From the NCBI GenBank assembly GCA_937902595.1, contig CALELH010000464.1, positions 1-50,365 of the forward strand: a stretch of 50,365 nucleotides of DNA, given 5' to 3'. The number at the start of each line of letters is the position of its first letter. Within the stretch, counting starts at the first letter, position 1. Under the pieces are notes generated by a model. It did no database searches. It saw nothing but the letters and a program-made list of their open reading frames with translations, and was not told the origin of the DNA. Made by a program: the position numbers and the translations under genes. Source of the DNA: an uncultured Myxococcales bacterium (GTDB lineage: Bacteria; Myxococcota_A; Bradymonadia; UBA7976; UBA1532). Of this stretch, positions 36,724 to 47,000 are shown piece after piece.

Positions 36724-38879
36724 GTGATGCGCTGAGGAGACAAGCGTGGATATCCACCGTCATCACCATCTGCTTTCTAGGAGCCCCCACACCGGGGCAA
36801 GCGAAGAAGCCCGTCCTCGCCGAGATTGACGATATGATGGCCTGTTACAAGGCTCGAGGCGCCTGGCTTCAGGAAGAGAACATGGAGGGGTGTCGCGTGA
36901 AGGGCCGGGCTGAAGGGGTCTGGAAATTCTATACAGTGGCCAAAGATGGTTCGCGTTTCTTAAAGGCTCGCGCCCAAATGAAAGACGGTCAGGCGAGCGG
37001 CTTTCACGTTGAGTATAATCCAAGCGGTCGTCCACGGCTCAAGGGCCAAACGAAAGCTGGTCAAGAGGTCGGTACATGGCGAGGATTCCACCCAGGTGGC
37101 CAACTCTCATTCGAGGTGGAGTGGGTGGCCGGCATGCGAATCGGGCCAATCCGTGAATGGTATCCCAACTGCCAACTGTCGCGGTCAGGGCAGCTCAAGA
37201 ACGATCAGCGCGATGGCAAATGGACTGAGTGGTTTCCATCGGGAAGAAAGAAGATGGAGGGCACCTACCGGGAGAGTAAGAGACATGGTCAGTGGGTGCT
37301 CTACGACAAGGAGGGACCTCGCCTGGAAGAGGGACCGTATCTTGATGATCAAAGGCAGGGCACCTGGACAGAGTATTTCCTCAACGGCGCTCAGTGGCGG
37401 ACGGTGGAATATAAAGATGACGTAAGGCAGGGAGAGGGTCCCGCGCGATGCAGAACTCTCGCCGGAGAGTGGGTCGTTGACCACATGGGGCGAACCGAAG
37501 GATGCATCGTAAACAGGAGAAAAGAGGGTCTTTGGTCCGGCTATTATCCAAACGCGAAGATTAAGTGGATCGGCGAGTATGAAGGCAACATGCTGAACGG
37601 CCGATACATCGACTACCACGATAGCGGAGAAGTACTCCGTGAGGGTCTGTACCAAAAAGGGATACCTGAGGGAGAGCACCGGTTCGTACGCGCCAACGGG
37701 GAAGTCATAGGTACGTCCATCGTCGTCGGAGGCTTTGGTCCATGGAAGGCATGGTACCCCGACGGCTCAATCCTAGAAGAGGGACGCTATGTCGAGGGCA
37801 GCAAGAGCGGGGTGTGGACCTCCTACTTCGACACTGGTCTCCCGGAGCGAACGGAGACCTGGGCCGACAACGCTAGAAGCGGACCTACCAAGATCTGGTT
37901 CGACACTGGAGAACCGAAAGCGGACGGTCACTACAAGGTCAACATGCGGGATAAGCAGTGGGTCGCCTATTACCGAAACGGACGAGTCGCCTGGAAAGGT
38001 GACTATGAGCTCGGCTCTCGGACAGGTGTCTGGGAGACCAACCACTGGGACTCTTATCCTGAATCGAAGGGCTCATTCTCTGTCAACTCTAGGTCAGGAA
38101 CCTGGTCGGAGTGGCATGCAAACGGTAAGAAAAAAAGCGAAGGCTCATACGAGGGGGGCCGCAAGAACGGCGTCTGGCGCGAGTGGTGGTATTCGGGCGA
38201 GTTTTGGCGAGAGGTCACCTATAAGAATGGTGTTGAGACAAACGACGCACGCAGCGTCTGCAGTGAAAGAAAAGGCGAATGGCACATCGACGCGGAGGAG
38301 CGGAAAGTAGGATGTGAGATCTGTATGCCCAATAGAGAAGGTCCCCCGGATACACTCAAGGTTGGGCAATGGTCCTGGTGGCACCCTAATGGCAAGCTAG
38401 AGAAGGTCGCTGGCTTCGAGTCAGGTCAGCAAGACGGCAACTGGGTGCTCTACTATGACAGCGGCCAAGCGATGGTAGAAGGACACTACAGCGCCGGCGA
38501 ACCCGACGGGCTTTGGCGAGGATGGCATCGGGATGGCACCAAACGATTTGTCGGCGCCTATGACGAGGGGCAGGAAGATGGCGAGTGGCTTCACTATCAC
38601 CCCTCCGGCCAGACTGCGTCTTCTGGCACCTATGATAAGGGTACACGAACAGGGGAATGGGTCTGGTGGCATGCGGATGGATCTAAACGCGAGGTCGGCT
38701 CCTATGAGAACGGACACACGGTCGGGTCCTGGCAACGATACCATCCCAATGGCGCTAAGCGGAGCGAAGGCGCCTTCATAAAGGGCAAGCGAAAAGGCGT
38801 TTGGCGTTGGTGGCGACAGAATGGAAAAGCGTGGCGAAGCGCTCAGTATAAAGATGGTCGAGAGACAGAGAGACCATAG
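36720..38879 (+). CDS. secreted MORN-variant (YwqK-type) repeat protein, about 24 repeats in three super-repeats
   Basis: The GTG at 36720 overlaps the upstream stop as GTGA. Signal peptide-like N-terminus. The G-x-W-x-x-(Y/W/F)-x-x-x-G-x-x-x-x-x-G-x-Y pattern recurs throughout (GVWKFY, GTWRGFH, GKWTEWF, GQWVLY, GLWSGYY, GVWTSYF, GTWSEWH, GNWVLYY, GEWVWWH and others). Confidence 0.8.
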   Translation: MSDALRRQAWISTVITICFLGAPTPGQAKKPVLAEIDDMMACYKARGAWLQEENMEGCRVKGRAEGVWKFYTVAKDGSRFLKARAQMKDGQASGFHVEYNPSGRPRLKGQTKAGQEVGTWRGFHPGGQLSFEVEWVAGMRIGPIREWYPNCQLSRSGQLKNDQRDGKWTEWFPSGRKKMEGTYRESKRHGQWVLYDKEGPRLEEGPYLDDQRQGTWTEYFLNGAQWRTVEYKDDVRQGEGPARCRTLAGEWVVDHMGRTEGCIVNRRKEGLWSGYYPNAKIKWIGEYEGNMLNGRYIDYHDSGEVLREGLYQKGIPEGEHRFVRANGEVIGTSIVVGGFGPWKAWYPDGSILEEGRYVEGSKSGVWTSYFDTGLPERTETWADNARSGPTKIWFDTGEPKADGHYKVNMRDKQWVAYYRNGRVAWKGDYELGSRTGVWETNHWDSYPESKGSFSVNSRSGTWSEWHANGKKKSEGSYEGGRKNGVWREWWYSGEFWREVTYKNGVETNDARSVCSERKGEWHIDAEERKVGCEICMPNREGPPDTLKVGQWSWWHPNGKLEKVAGFESGQQDGNWVLYYDSGQAMVEGHYSAGEPDGLWRGWHRDGTKRFVGAYDEGQEDGEWLHYHPSGQTASSGTYDKGTRTGEWVWWHADGSKREVGSYENGHTVGSWQRYHPNGAKRSEGAFIKGKRKGVWRWWRQNGKAWRSAQYKDGRETERP

Positions 38880-40347
38880 CCTAGGGAGCCGCTCTGCATG
38901 GATTGGGCTGCCTCTCGCCGCCGTGTTTCTCATGCTCGGCTGCACCGACTCGCCCCAGAGTCGTGGGTGCATCACGGAACAAGACTGTGCGCCATCCGAA
39001 GTCTGTCGAGGTGGAGAGTGTACCTCCAGGGCTCGGTGTTCTTCCGACTTTGATTGTCCACAGACAGAGCTCTGCCTAAATGGAACGTGTGAGCTGATTC
39101 AATGTCTCGGTGAAGAGACCTGTGGGGACGGACGCCGCTGCGTAAATGGCTGGTGCGTACGGAGGGAGGTGTCCGGCTGTCTTCGTGATGAAGATTGTCC
39201 TAGTGGGACATGCTCTCTGAGCCAAGGGATCTGCGAACCCGACAGGAATGAGGACGCAGGTGGCTGCGTCGACGACTGTCCTGACTCGATGAGCGATGGT
39301 TGCGACGCCTCTGATGATTGCCCCCTAGGTATGTACTGCACAGCAGGCGTCTGTGCTCCCGGATGTCGCAACGACGATCAATGTCCCGGTGAACTCTGCC
39401 AAGTGACCACAGGTCAATGTCAGGCTCGAAGCTGTCTACGGAACACCGATTGCGCTGAAGGGCGTGTGTGCACTGCACGACTACGAGATGACGCACAGCT
39501 AGAGCTTCAATGTCGTCTCAGCGGTGTCCCTCTTCGCCGTGAGTGCCTGCAGGACGCCGACTGCCAGACAGGCGCTTGCCTCGTTGATCAAACCTGTCTT
39601 GAGGCATGTCTAAACGATCAGGACTGCGGCGGACGTCTCTGTACACAGAACGAGTGGCGTCCTGAGGACGGAGCCCAGGTCGCTCTGCTCTCATGCCGAA
39701 GGCCAGCGATGGATTGCCAAGCCGATATTGACTGTCCGCCAGACCAGGTGTGCCTTCCCGTCCTGAATGAAGATGACGTATCGCTCAGATGCACGATTAC
39801 GCCGGTCGGGTCCTCTGCCGGAGCACGATGTACGGAGAGCGGAGCCTGCCAAAGCCAAACCTGTCTCAACGGTCGCTGCTGGAGTCCATGTGCACCCGGT
39901 AACATTCAACACTGTGGAGATGGTCTCCGCTGCTACGAAAACGGTCACTATCTTCGAGACCAGGGGGAGCAACCAGGCGGAGATGATGACGAGTTCTTCG
40001 GGTTGGGCGCATGCCTACCTGATCGCGGAAGCGGACACCCCTGCGTTGATCGACAGTGTCCCGACGGTGAAGTCTGCACCTTGAGCCCAGGCCCGCGACG
40101 ACGCGAATGGTCCAATATATGTCGCAGGGCAGTAGGAGCCCTGAGAGGTGGCGCAGAGTGCATGGGTGATACTCAATGTCGCAGCGGATGGTGCGGACCC
40201 GAGTCATTTTGTCTCGATCCCTGTCGCAACGGCATGCCAACGACGTCTTGTGTTGAGGACGCTGTATGTGAAAGCGTACGATTGCCGTTGTGGAAGGGCG
40301 ACAGTATGACGCCCGCCTGGACCGCGAGGAGTGAAGTGTGTCGCTGA
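38854..40347 (+). CDS. cysteine-rich repeat lipoprotein
   Basis: Lipobox LAAVFLMLGC. There are more than ten copies of a C-x3-(D/E)-x-D-C-P-x3-C-x2-G-x-C type module (DCAPSEVCRGGEC, DFDCPQTELCLNGTC, DEDCPSGTCS, DDQCPGELC, DADCQTGAC, DQDCGGRLC, DIDCPPDQVC). The start is uncertain (38821 or 38854) and either overlaps the MORN gene end. Confidence 0.75.
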   Translation: MVERQRDHSLGSRSAWIGLPLAAVFLMLGCTDSPQSRGCITEQDCAPSEVCRGGECTSRARCSSDFDCPQTELCLNGTCELIQCLGEETCGDGRRCVNGWCVRREVSGCLRDEDCPSGTCSLSQGICEPDRNEDAGGCVDDCPDSMSDGCDASDDCPLGMYCTAGVCAPGCRNDDQCPGELCQVTTGQCQARSCLRNTDCAEGRVCTARLRDDAQLELQCRLSGVPLRRECLQDADCQTGACLVDQTCLEACLNDQDCGGRLCTQNEWRPEDGAQVALLSCRRPAMDCQADIDCPPDQVCLPVLNEDDVSLRCTITPVGSSAGARCTESGACQSQTCLNGRCWSPCAPGNIQHCGDGLRCYENGHYLRDQGEQPGGDDDEFFGLGACLPDRGSGHPCVDRQCPDGEVCTLSPGPRRREWSNICRRAVGALRGGAECMGDTQCRSGWCGPESFCLDPCRNGMPTTSCVEDAVCESVRLPLWKGDSMTPAWTARSEVCR

Positions 40348-42173
40348 AGTGTACGATCGCCTGCATCCTGCTCACTGTGTCATCACTGATGGGATGTAAT
40401 GTCTCGGCGCCGACCATCGGCGAAGGCTATCTGCCATCGGACACCGCCGACGCCTTCGGTCCCTATCTCGCCCTCGTTAGAACTTGGGGCCCAGTCGACA
40501 CGGTCACCATCGAATGGCGAACAGATCCCGCTCCCGACGCCCCAAGCAGGCGCGTAGGGATGAAGGAGGTCCGCCCAAACACGTGGGAAGGAGAGATTCC
40601 GGGCTCCATAAGCGGGACGACGGTCATCCTGTCCATCGTGGCAAAAGGCCCCGGAGGGCGCGCTCGATTTCCAAGAACAGGAGAGCACCGCTTCACCATC
40701 ATCGATGACGATGGTGGCTGCGGTGATGGGCCTCCATGCGAGCCTGGTAGCGTCTGCGTAAATGGACAATGTGAACCGAGAGGTGAGTGCGTTCGTGACG
40801 AGGACTGCCCGGCTGATGAACGCTGTGTGGATGGCTCTTGTACATTGGTTGAACCGTGCCCTGAGGGATGCCCGCCTGGGGAAATTTGCGTCGACGGCGA
40901 CTGCCAAGGAGAGAGAGATTGTCAGAGCGACGAAGACTGCTCTTCGGGATTTTCTTGTGAATCTGGCGTCTGCGTTCCCGAGCCCGGGATCTGCGGTAGG
41001 GTTCTGTGCGAGACGGGCCTCTATTGCGACCCTCAGACAGGTGAATGTATTGAGTGTCGCAGCGACGATGAGTGCGATGGTGGTAGCTGCTCCGATGCTG
41101 GTTTCTGCGTGGAGAGAGGGTGTGGCGACGATCTCTTCGAACCAAATAACGGTCTGAATGAGGGGTCTAACATTGGGTTCGATGTCGCCTTTGAAGGTAC
41201 GCTCTGTGGAACCGATGACGACGTGTTTCGACTGACCGATGACAATATGCGCGTAGTCATCGAAGCCAGCGCAGTCGGTGTCGACGTACTCGTACTCGAC
41301 GCCAACCAACAGACTCAACTCGAGGAGTCGATCAACGATGCGCGAGGTCTCGATTTCATCGGACAAGCTGGCTGGTACGTCATCTTGTCGACAGCTCGCA
41401 GATCATCCATCGACTACATTCTGCAAACACAGGAGAGGCCGATCACGGAGTGTATCGACGATCGCTTTGAGGAGAATGATGAGCGGGAAGACGCCTCTAG
41501 ACTCGGCGCCACTGGCGCCTATGTCTCCGGTGTGATTTGCCCCGATGACCCAGATTGGTTCCGATTCAGAAGAAGGCAAACCGATGAACCCACCGAGATC
41601 TTAATCAAGGGAGGAGTCGAGAGCTTTGCGGGCCTCCTACAGAACTCGGATGGGGGTGAGTTAGCGATGTTCAGGCCACGTCAGATCGAAGAAAGACCAT
41701 ACAGTTCTCTCGTGTACGAAGGGAATGAACGGGACATCTTCTTCCGCTTAGGGTGCCCCGGCTGTGAGCAAGGTCTCGGCTACACCATGGTGACGCGGTC
41801 TCCGAATGTACGCTGCCGAGATGACCAGCTGGAGCCCAATGATAGCCCGCTCGCCGCGACGGTGTTGCCAGACTCTCCTGGCTTTGAACTAGATGAGGCC
41901 ATCGCCTGCCCTGGTAACGACGACTTCTATCTCTTCGAGGCCTCTTCGGGGGAAAGAAGAACCATCACCGTGGCCTTTTCAAACGCGCGCGGTGACATTG
42001 ACATCGGCCTGCTCGATGGGGACGCGATGGTCCTCGATTATCAACTGAGTCGAGAAGATGGCCACAGCGTGACCATCGAACCCGAAGCTGCGTCTCGCAC
42101 GTTCTATCTTCGCGTAATGCTCTTTGGCTCCCGCGAGGCGAGCTATGTAGTCCGCGTTGACGCCGCCGACTAG
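40338..42173 (+). CDS. lipoprotein with a cysteine-rich repeat region and three PPC-like (pre-peptidase C-terminal type) domains
   Basis: The GTG at 40338 overlaps the upstream gene by 10 nt. Lipobox LTVSSLMGC. Cys-rich modules include CVRDEDCPADERCVDGSC and CQSDEDCSSGFSCESGVC. These are followed by three units starting DDLFEPNNG, DDRFEENDE and DDQLEPNDS, each with a later DDD(V/W/F)(F/Y)(R/L)(L/F) motif. Confidence 0.75.
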   Translation: MSLKCTIACILLTVSSLMGCNVSAPTIGEGYLPSDTADAFGPYLALVRTWGPVDTVTIEWRTDPAPDAPSRRVGMKEVRPNTWEGEIPGSISGTTVILSIVAKGPGGRARFPRTGEHRFTIIDDDGGCGDGPPCEPGSVCVNGQCEPRGECVRDEDCPADERCVDGSCTLVEPCPEGCPPGEICVDGDCQGERDCQSDEDCSSGFSCESGVCVPEPGICGRVLCETGLYCDPQTGECIECRSDDECDGGSCSDAGFCVERGCGDDLFEPNNGLNEGSNIGFDVAFEGTLCGTDDDVFRLTDDNMRVVIEASAVGVDVLVLDANQQTQLEESINDARGLDFIGQAGWYVILSTARRSSIDYILQTQERPITECIDDRFEENDEREDASRLGATGAYVSGVICPDDPDWFRFRRRQTDEPTEILIKGGVESFAGLLQNSDGGELAMFRPRQIEERPYSSLVYEGNERDIFFRLGCPGCEQGLGYTMVTRSPNVRCRDDQLEPNDSPLAATVLPDSPGFELDEAIACPGNDDFYLFEASSGERRTITVAFSNARGDIDIGLLDGDAMVLDYQLSREDGHSVTIEPEAASRTFYLRVMLFGSREASYVVRVDAAD

Positions 42174-42217
42174 ATCCGCTCAAATCCTTCAGCCTTAACC
42201 TCTTTAATGGAGAGACT

Positions 42218-42676
42218 ATGCGTGTCCTCATTCTCATGACGCTGTGGGCGTCACCAGCCATAGCGCTGTCGCAACCGTCGGTGAACTCCGGGTCGAAGCC
42301 GAAGGCGACGGTCACGACTCTAGACACAGCGTCGGCTAGACAGGTGCCAAGCGGAAAAGCCAAGATCAAGATCTTGGCCCAGGGTGAGAACGCCTTCGTC
42401 GGACAACTCTGGTTGGCGGCCGGCGGTGCCGTTCCTGTTCATCGCGATCCAACCGAAGAGTATATCTATGTCGTCAGTGGGTCCGGCAAGATTACGATCG
42501 ATGGAAGAACGACGGAGATTGGCCCTGGCGCCACCGTGTATATGCCGGCAAACGCTGAGGTGAGCTTCAAGAATGGGGAGCAACCATTGGTGGCGATTCA
42601 GATCTTTGCCGGCACGGAGTCGGCGAAAAAATACGACCGTTGGGCACCCATAACCAAGGCAAAGAGCCGACCATAA
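42218..42676 (+). CDS. secreted cupin-domain protein
   Basis: Signal peptide MRVLILMTLWASPAIALS. The cupin_2 core is VPVHRDPTEEYIYVVSGSGKITIDGRTTEIGPGATVYMPANAEVSF. GGAGAG RBS upstream. Confidence 0.75.
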   Translation: MRVLILMTLWASPAIALSQPSVNSGSKPKATVTTLDTASARQVPSGKAKIKILAQGENAFVGQLWLAAGGAVPVHRDPTEEYIYVVSGSGKITIDGRTTEIGPGATVYMPANAEVSFKNGEQPLVAIQIFAGTESAKKYDRWAPITKAKSRP

Positions 42677-42682
42677 GCCAGC

Positions 42683-43966
42683 CTAAGACCCTTCGGTGAT
42701 GAGCTCCTGATACAGGCCGTGAGCCCGATCCCGTAAGCGCTCCCGCGCCTCTGGGGGCATCTTCAAGAACTCGTAGCTCTCCGGTAGAGATGGTCCAGGC
42801 ATCGCCTTCTTGTGGTAGGAGGCTCCAGCATAGATCGCCAGCTGATTTGCTAGGTTAACGATATAGAGGAGCTTTCGATTGTCCGCGTTCTCTGGATCCT
42901 CGGCCGCGTACATGTCCAGGTCGTGATGATGCCGCGTCGTAAAGGCGAAAGATTCGCCTAAATCCCACTTCCGGACCAACCCTTCTCCAAACACGGTGTG
43001 GTACTGCCGCACCATGGTGAGGACCTCATCCATCGACAGCAGCTGGTTGTTCTGCTTTTGGAAAAGCTCACCGAAGACTCGCAACAAGAAGAGCTCCCCG
43101 ATGTTGTGCATAAGACCCACCAGGTAGACCTCTTCGGCCTCCTCCATCTCAAGGGCCACGGCGATCTCCCGAGCTAGGCAAGCCGACATGAACTGAGCAC
43201 GCCACATCTTGTCAAAGACTGACTTAAAGGCGGGAGAGCGGAAGGTGAACATGTCCTTGATCGCTTCCGTCTGCACAAGGTTGCGTATGGCCGCGTTGCC
43301 TAATCGTGTCACGGTCGATTGCAGGTCGGTGATGCGCGCTTCCCAGTTACGCCCACCGTACGCCGCCGTGTTCGCCGTCGCGACCAGACGCGCCGATAAG
43401 GACGGGTCTTTCTCGATCAGGACCCTCACCTCTTCGGCCTCAACCTCGAGGTTTGTGAGCAGGGCGTTGAGCTCACGTAGAATCTGAGGCACCTCGGGGA
43501 GATCAATATTGCCTTCTTTAATTCGACGAGCGATCACGCGAATCAGGTTACGAGACGCAGGGGGCGGCTCATCAACGGCTGCGCTCCCTCCAAGCAAGGA
43601 TCTCCCCGTTCGCTTCTCCAGACGCGCAAGGGCCGCCCAGAGCTCCGCCTCTTCGACCGGCTTCGCCAGCCAATCCAAACAGCCGTTCCTCATGGCGAAG
43701 ATCGTGGCCTCAGCGGTCGCTTCAGCGGCGATGGCCAAGTAGGGCGTCTTCTGCTCGGCCAATTGAGGCAACAGGTCGCTCGCTGACATCGCCTCAGCGG
43801 TGACGTCGATAATGAGCGCGTCCACACCTGACGAGACCATGCGCAGTACGCCCGCCGCGTCGACCGCCTTAACTGACTCAAGCCCCTTCTGGGTCAAGAT
43901 CTCATCAAGACTCGCGGAGACATCCCCGTCAGGATCAGCGATACAGATCGTTGTCTTAGCCACCAT
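42683..43966 (-). CDS. response-regulator receiver + HDOD domain protein
   Basis: N-terminal REC-like fold (ICIADPDGD ... DALIIDV ... LAKP). The C-terminal HDOD pattern includes LPEVPQILRELNALL and LVGLMHNIGELFLLRVF. Confidence 0.8.
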   Translation of the reverse strand: MVAKTTICIADPDGDVSASLDEILTQKGLESVKAVDAAGVLRMVSSGVDALIIDVTAEAMSASDLLPQLAEQKTPYLAIAAEATAEATIFAMRNGCLDWLAKPVEEAELWAALARLEKRTGRSLLGGSAAVDEPPPASRNLIRVIARRIKEGNIDLPEVPQILRELNALLTNLEVEAEEVRVLIEKDPSLSARLVATANTAAYGGRNWEARITDLQSTVTRLGNAAIRNLVQTEAIKDMFTFRSPAFKSVFDKMWRAQFMSACLAREIAVALEMEEAEEVYLVGLMHNIGELFLLRVFGELFQKQNNQLLSMDEVLTMVRQYHTVFGEGLVRKWDLGESFAFTTRHHHDLDMYAAEDPENADNRKLLYIVNLANQLAIYAGASYHKKAMPGPSLPESYEFLKMPPEARERLRDRAHGLYQELITEGS

Positions 43967-44029
43967 TCACTCCAATGTAACAACGCTATTTTGCGCGCTC
44001 ATCGCCTCGATAGCAAAGTTTCATCAATC

Positions 44030-47000
44030 TCATGGATGGAACCTGGGACGATACCCCAGGGCGAGAACCAGCAGCATCACGAGAAAGACGCCGCTCGGAC
44101 GCCGCGTCTGCCAAGTGTCACATCCGCACCCATCGGACGCCTCGCTACCGCCAGTGTCGATCACCGAGAAGGTCCATGGGTCTGATGGACCTGATGTCAT
44201 GCCTTCTGGATCATAGGATTGAACCCGCCAAGTATAGACCCCGCCTGAAGCGGTCTGTTCGGACAAATTCAGGGCACCAAACTCCTGCGGTTCGGTGCGT
44301 GTGCATCGTTCGCCTTCGCAAAACTCGACGACATAGGTCACTACCCCTCGTTCGGGGTCTTCGACGGTCTGCCAAGCCAAGATGACCTCTCCCGGAAAGA
44401 GCTGCCCACCATCTACAGGGCTCGCGTGAACAGGAACCGGTGGCGGGCTGTTCTCGACTGAGACAAAGAAGTCGTGTTCGACGGTCTCAGAGACGCCGCC
44501 GCGGTCATCCAGAGCGTACACGGTGGCCGAATATTGACTGTCCTCCATCAGAGGGATTGCGGGTGTCCAAGAGGCGTCTCCGCTCTCTCCACTGTCGACG
44601 GGGTCGCTCGATTCAAGAATCTCTCCATCAGCGCTTCGAACACTGAAGACGTATTGGATAGAATCCCCGTCTTCGTCGCTGCTTCCACCAGCGGTCATGA
44701 GGGGGTTGAGCTCGGTGACTGTCATGTCCTCAGCGGGCGCCCTGAGAGTGGGGACCGTCGGCACTGTGTTCTCAGCATCGATCGAGAGAGACCATGGCGC
44801 CCAAGCCTCGGACTCCGCGCTCGCCTCATCGATGGCCACGACATCCCAAGTAAACCGTCCATTCTCCACGAGCGCCGGTGTCTGAAGGTGAACTTCATCA
44901 TCGCTCGGGACGCCCTCACCGGTCGTAAAGATCTCACCGGCCTGGTCGTAGACACGAAAGATGTACCGGAGAGTGTCTTCATCGGCGTCTGTTGAACGTG
45001 TGACCCGAAGAGTCGGCTGTAGGTTGTCAACCTGAGCCCCATCAGGTGGAGCGATCGGCATGGGAGCCGTCGGGGCCGTGTTCTCGGCGTTAGTCCTAAA
45101 TCGCCAGACATCGGTCCAGCGCGTCTCGGCGGTCTCCGTCAGCACCCGCGCACGCCACCAATATGAGACGTCTTCGTCGAGCAACGCCTCAGGTACGACC
45201 CAGCTCGTGTCGCCCATCTCAGGCTGCTCAATGGGATCGCTGATGACCAACTCATCCATCCCATCAGCGTCTCGGAACACTTGAAACTGAATCCGCACTT
45301 GCTCACCCCGAGAATCTTCGGCGCGCCTCGTGACCAGGGTCGGCGTATGGGTCGGCACCCGCTCTCCATCAACAGGAGACACCAACTCCGTGAGTTCTGG
45401 GCCCTCAAACTGGAAGGGGTTAGTCCCCTCAGCCCACTCCGTTCGATTGTCGCGTCCATCCATGTCGGGGTCATCATCAGCGTCGTCGGGATTACTTGGG
45501 TCCAGACAGACGTCATCGGGAGAGCAGGTCATGGACTCGTACGTATCCGGCAGACCATCGCCATCTTCATCGATGGGCAAGACCTCAAAGTCGATATCTC
45601 TTTGAGCCGTACCTCCGTCACCATCATCGATTCGGACGCGCAGAGTAATCGGGCTGCTCATGAAGTGAGAGTAGGTAGGTACCCAGAGCAGGAGCCCTGT
45701 TCCCGCCTCAATGTCGATTCCTGGGAGAGGCTCTACTAGGCTATATCTGAGCGGGTCATTCAGCCCCGCTGGATCCGATGCCGGGATCGAACGATTATAA
45801 GGTCTGCCTTCATGGGCAGCGGGTGGAAAGTAGTTCTCTGCAAAGAGAGGATCCAGATTCCGCACGTTCACCGCCGTCACAGCCTCAGCCACCCCACCGT
45901 CTCCATCATCGGCCCAGACCGTCACGTTGATCCGCATGTCATCTTCAATTACTAAGCTGCGGAAAACCTCGTCTCCATCGACGATGTCCTCAACACCAGG
46001 GTCAACGACACCATCACCGTCTAGATCCCAGCGCAGCGTCACCTGATCCGCACCAGGCTCGAGCACCTCAGCCGTCAACTCCAAGGTCTCGCCCTCGTTG
46101 ATCGGCGTGTTCGAGGACAAGCGGACGATGGGCGCTCGGTTGACGATCTGGATCTGAACTGAGGCGTCGATGGAGTCCACTCCATCCGTCACCACTACGC
46201 GAATACGATAGAATCCCTGGTTGGGATAGACATGCCGCGCGATCGGGTTATTGGTTGGACCTAAATCGATCTCACCATCATCATCAAAATCAAACGTATA
46301 GAGGAGTTCGTCGCCGCCTGCGTCCGCCGCGATTGCGCGAATGACGACCTCCGTGCCTTCATCCTGAGGAGAGTCAACGCGCAGCTCTAGGGTTGGTCTC
46401 TCATTCGCGACGACGATGCGGTGGCGAGCAACCGTCTCCCCTCCGTCGCCATCCCGCACCCTACAGCCGATCTCAATCGTCGCCTGCACTGGGAACGTGT
46501 GTCGTTCCTCCGCTCGCGCTGCACGCAGCTCGAATTGTCCATCCCCATCGAAATCCCAGTCATACACCAGTCGATCGGCGCCGGGATCGGTCGCTTGGCA
46601 GGTAAAGACCTCCTCAATGCCTTGGCGAGTTCCAGCGGGCCCCCTCAATAGAACGAAGGGCGCGACGTTATCTACGACAACCTCAACGCTGTCTAGAACA
46701 CGGCCTCCATCTCCATCCTCTACGCGAACACCCACCGTGTAGACTCCATCGTCGGAGAACGGAATTGCGATCGACCCGTCCCTTTGCCCAGGGATGTCAT
46801 CGGCGAAGTCACCGTCGTTATCGAAATCAAAAGCGTAGGTGAGCGGGTCTCCTTCAACATCGTTGGCGAAGACGGTCAGTCGAGCGAGGTCCCCCTCGTT
46901 GATCGGAGTCGTCACATCGATCCGCTCGATGACGGGCCGAACGTTCTCAACGTTGATGGAGAGGTCTCGCTCAGTGCAGGCCGCTTCATCGTCACAGATT

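Noticed and set aside
40383-41366. 327-aa ORF antisense to the second cysteine-rich lipoprotein gene
   Set aside because: It lies entirely inside and opposite a gene whose sense frame has a lipobox and regular Cys-repeat/PPC architecture. The antisense product is Arg/Ser/Ala-rich low-complexity sequence, typical of a shadow frame in GC-rich repetitive coding DNA.
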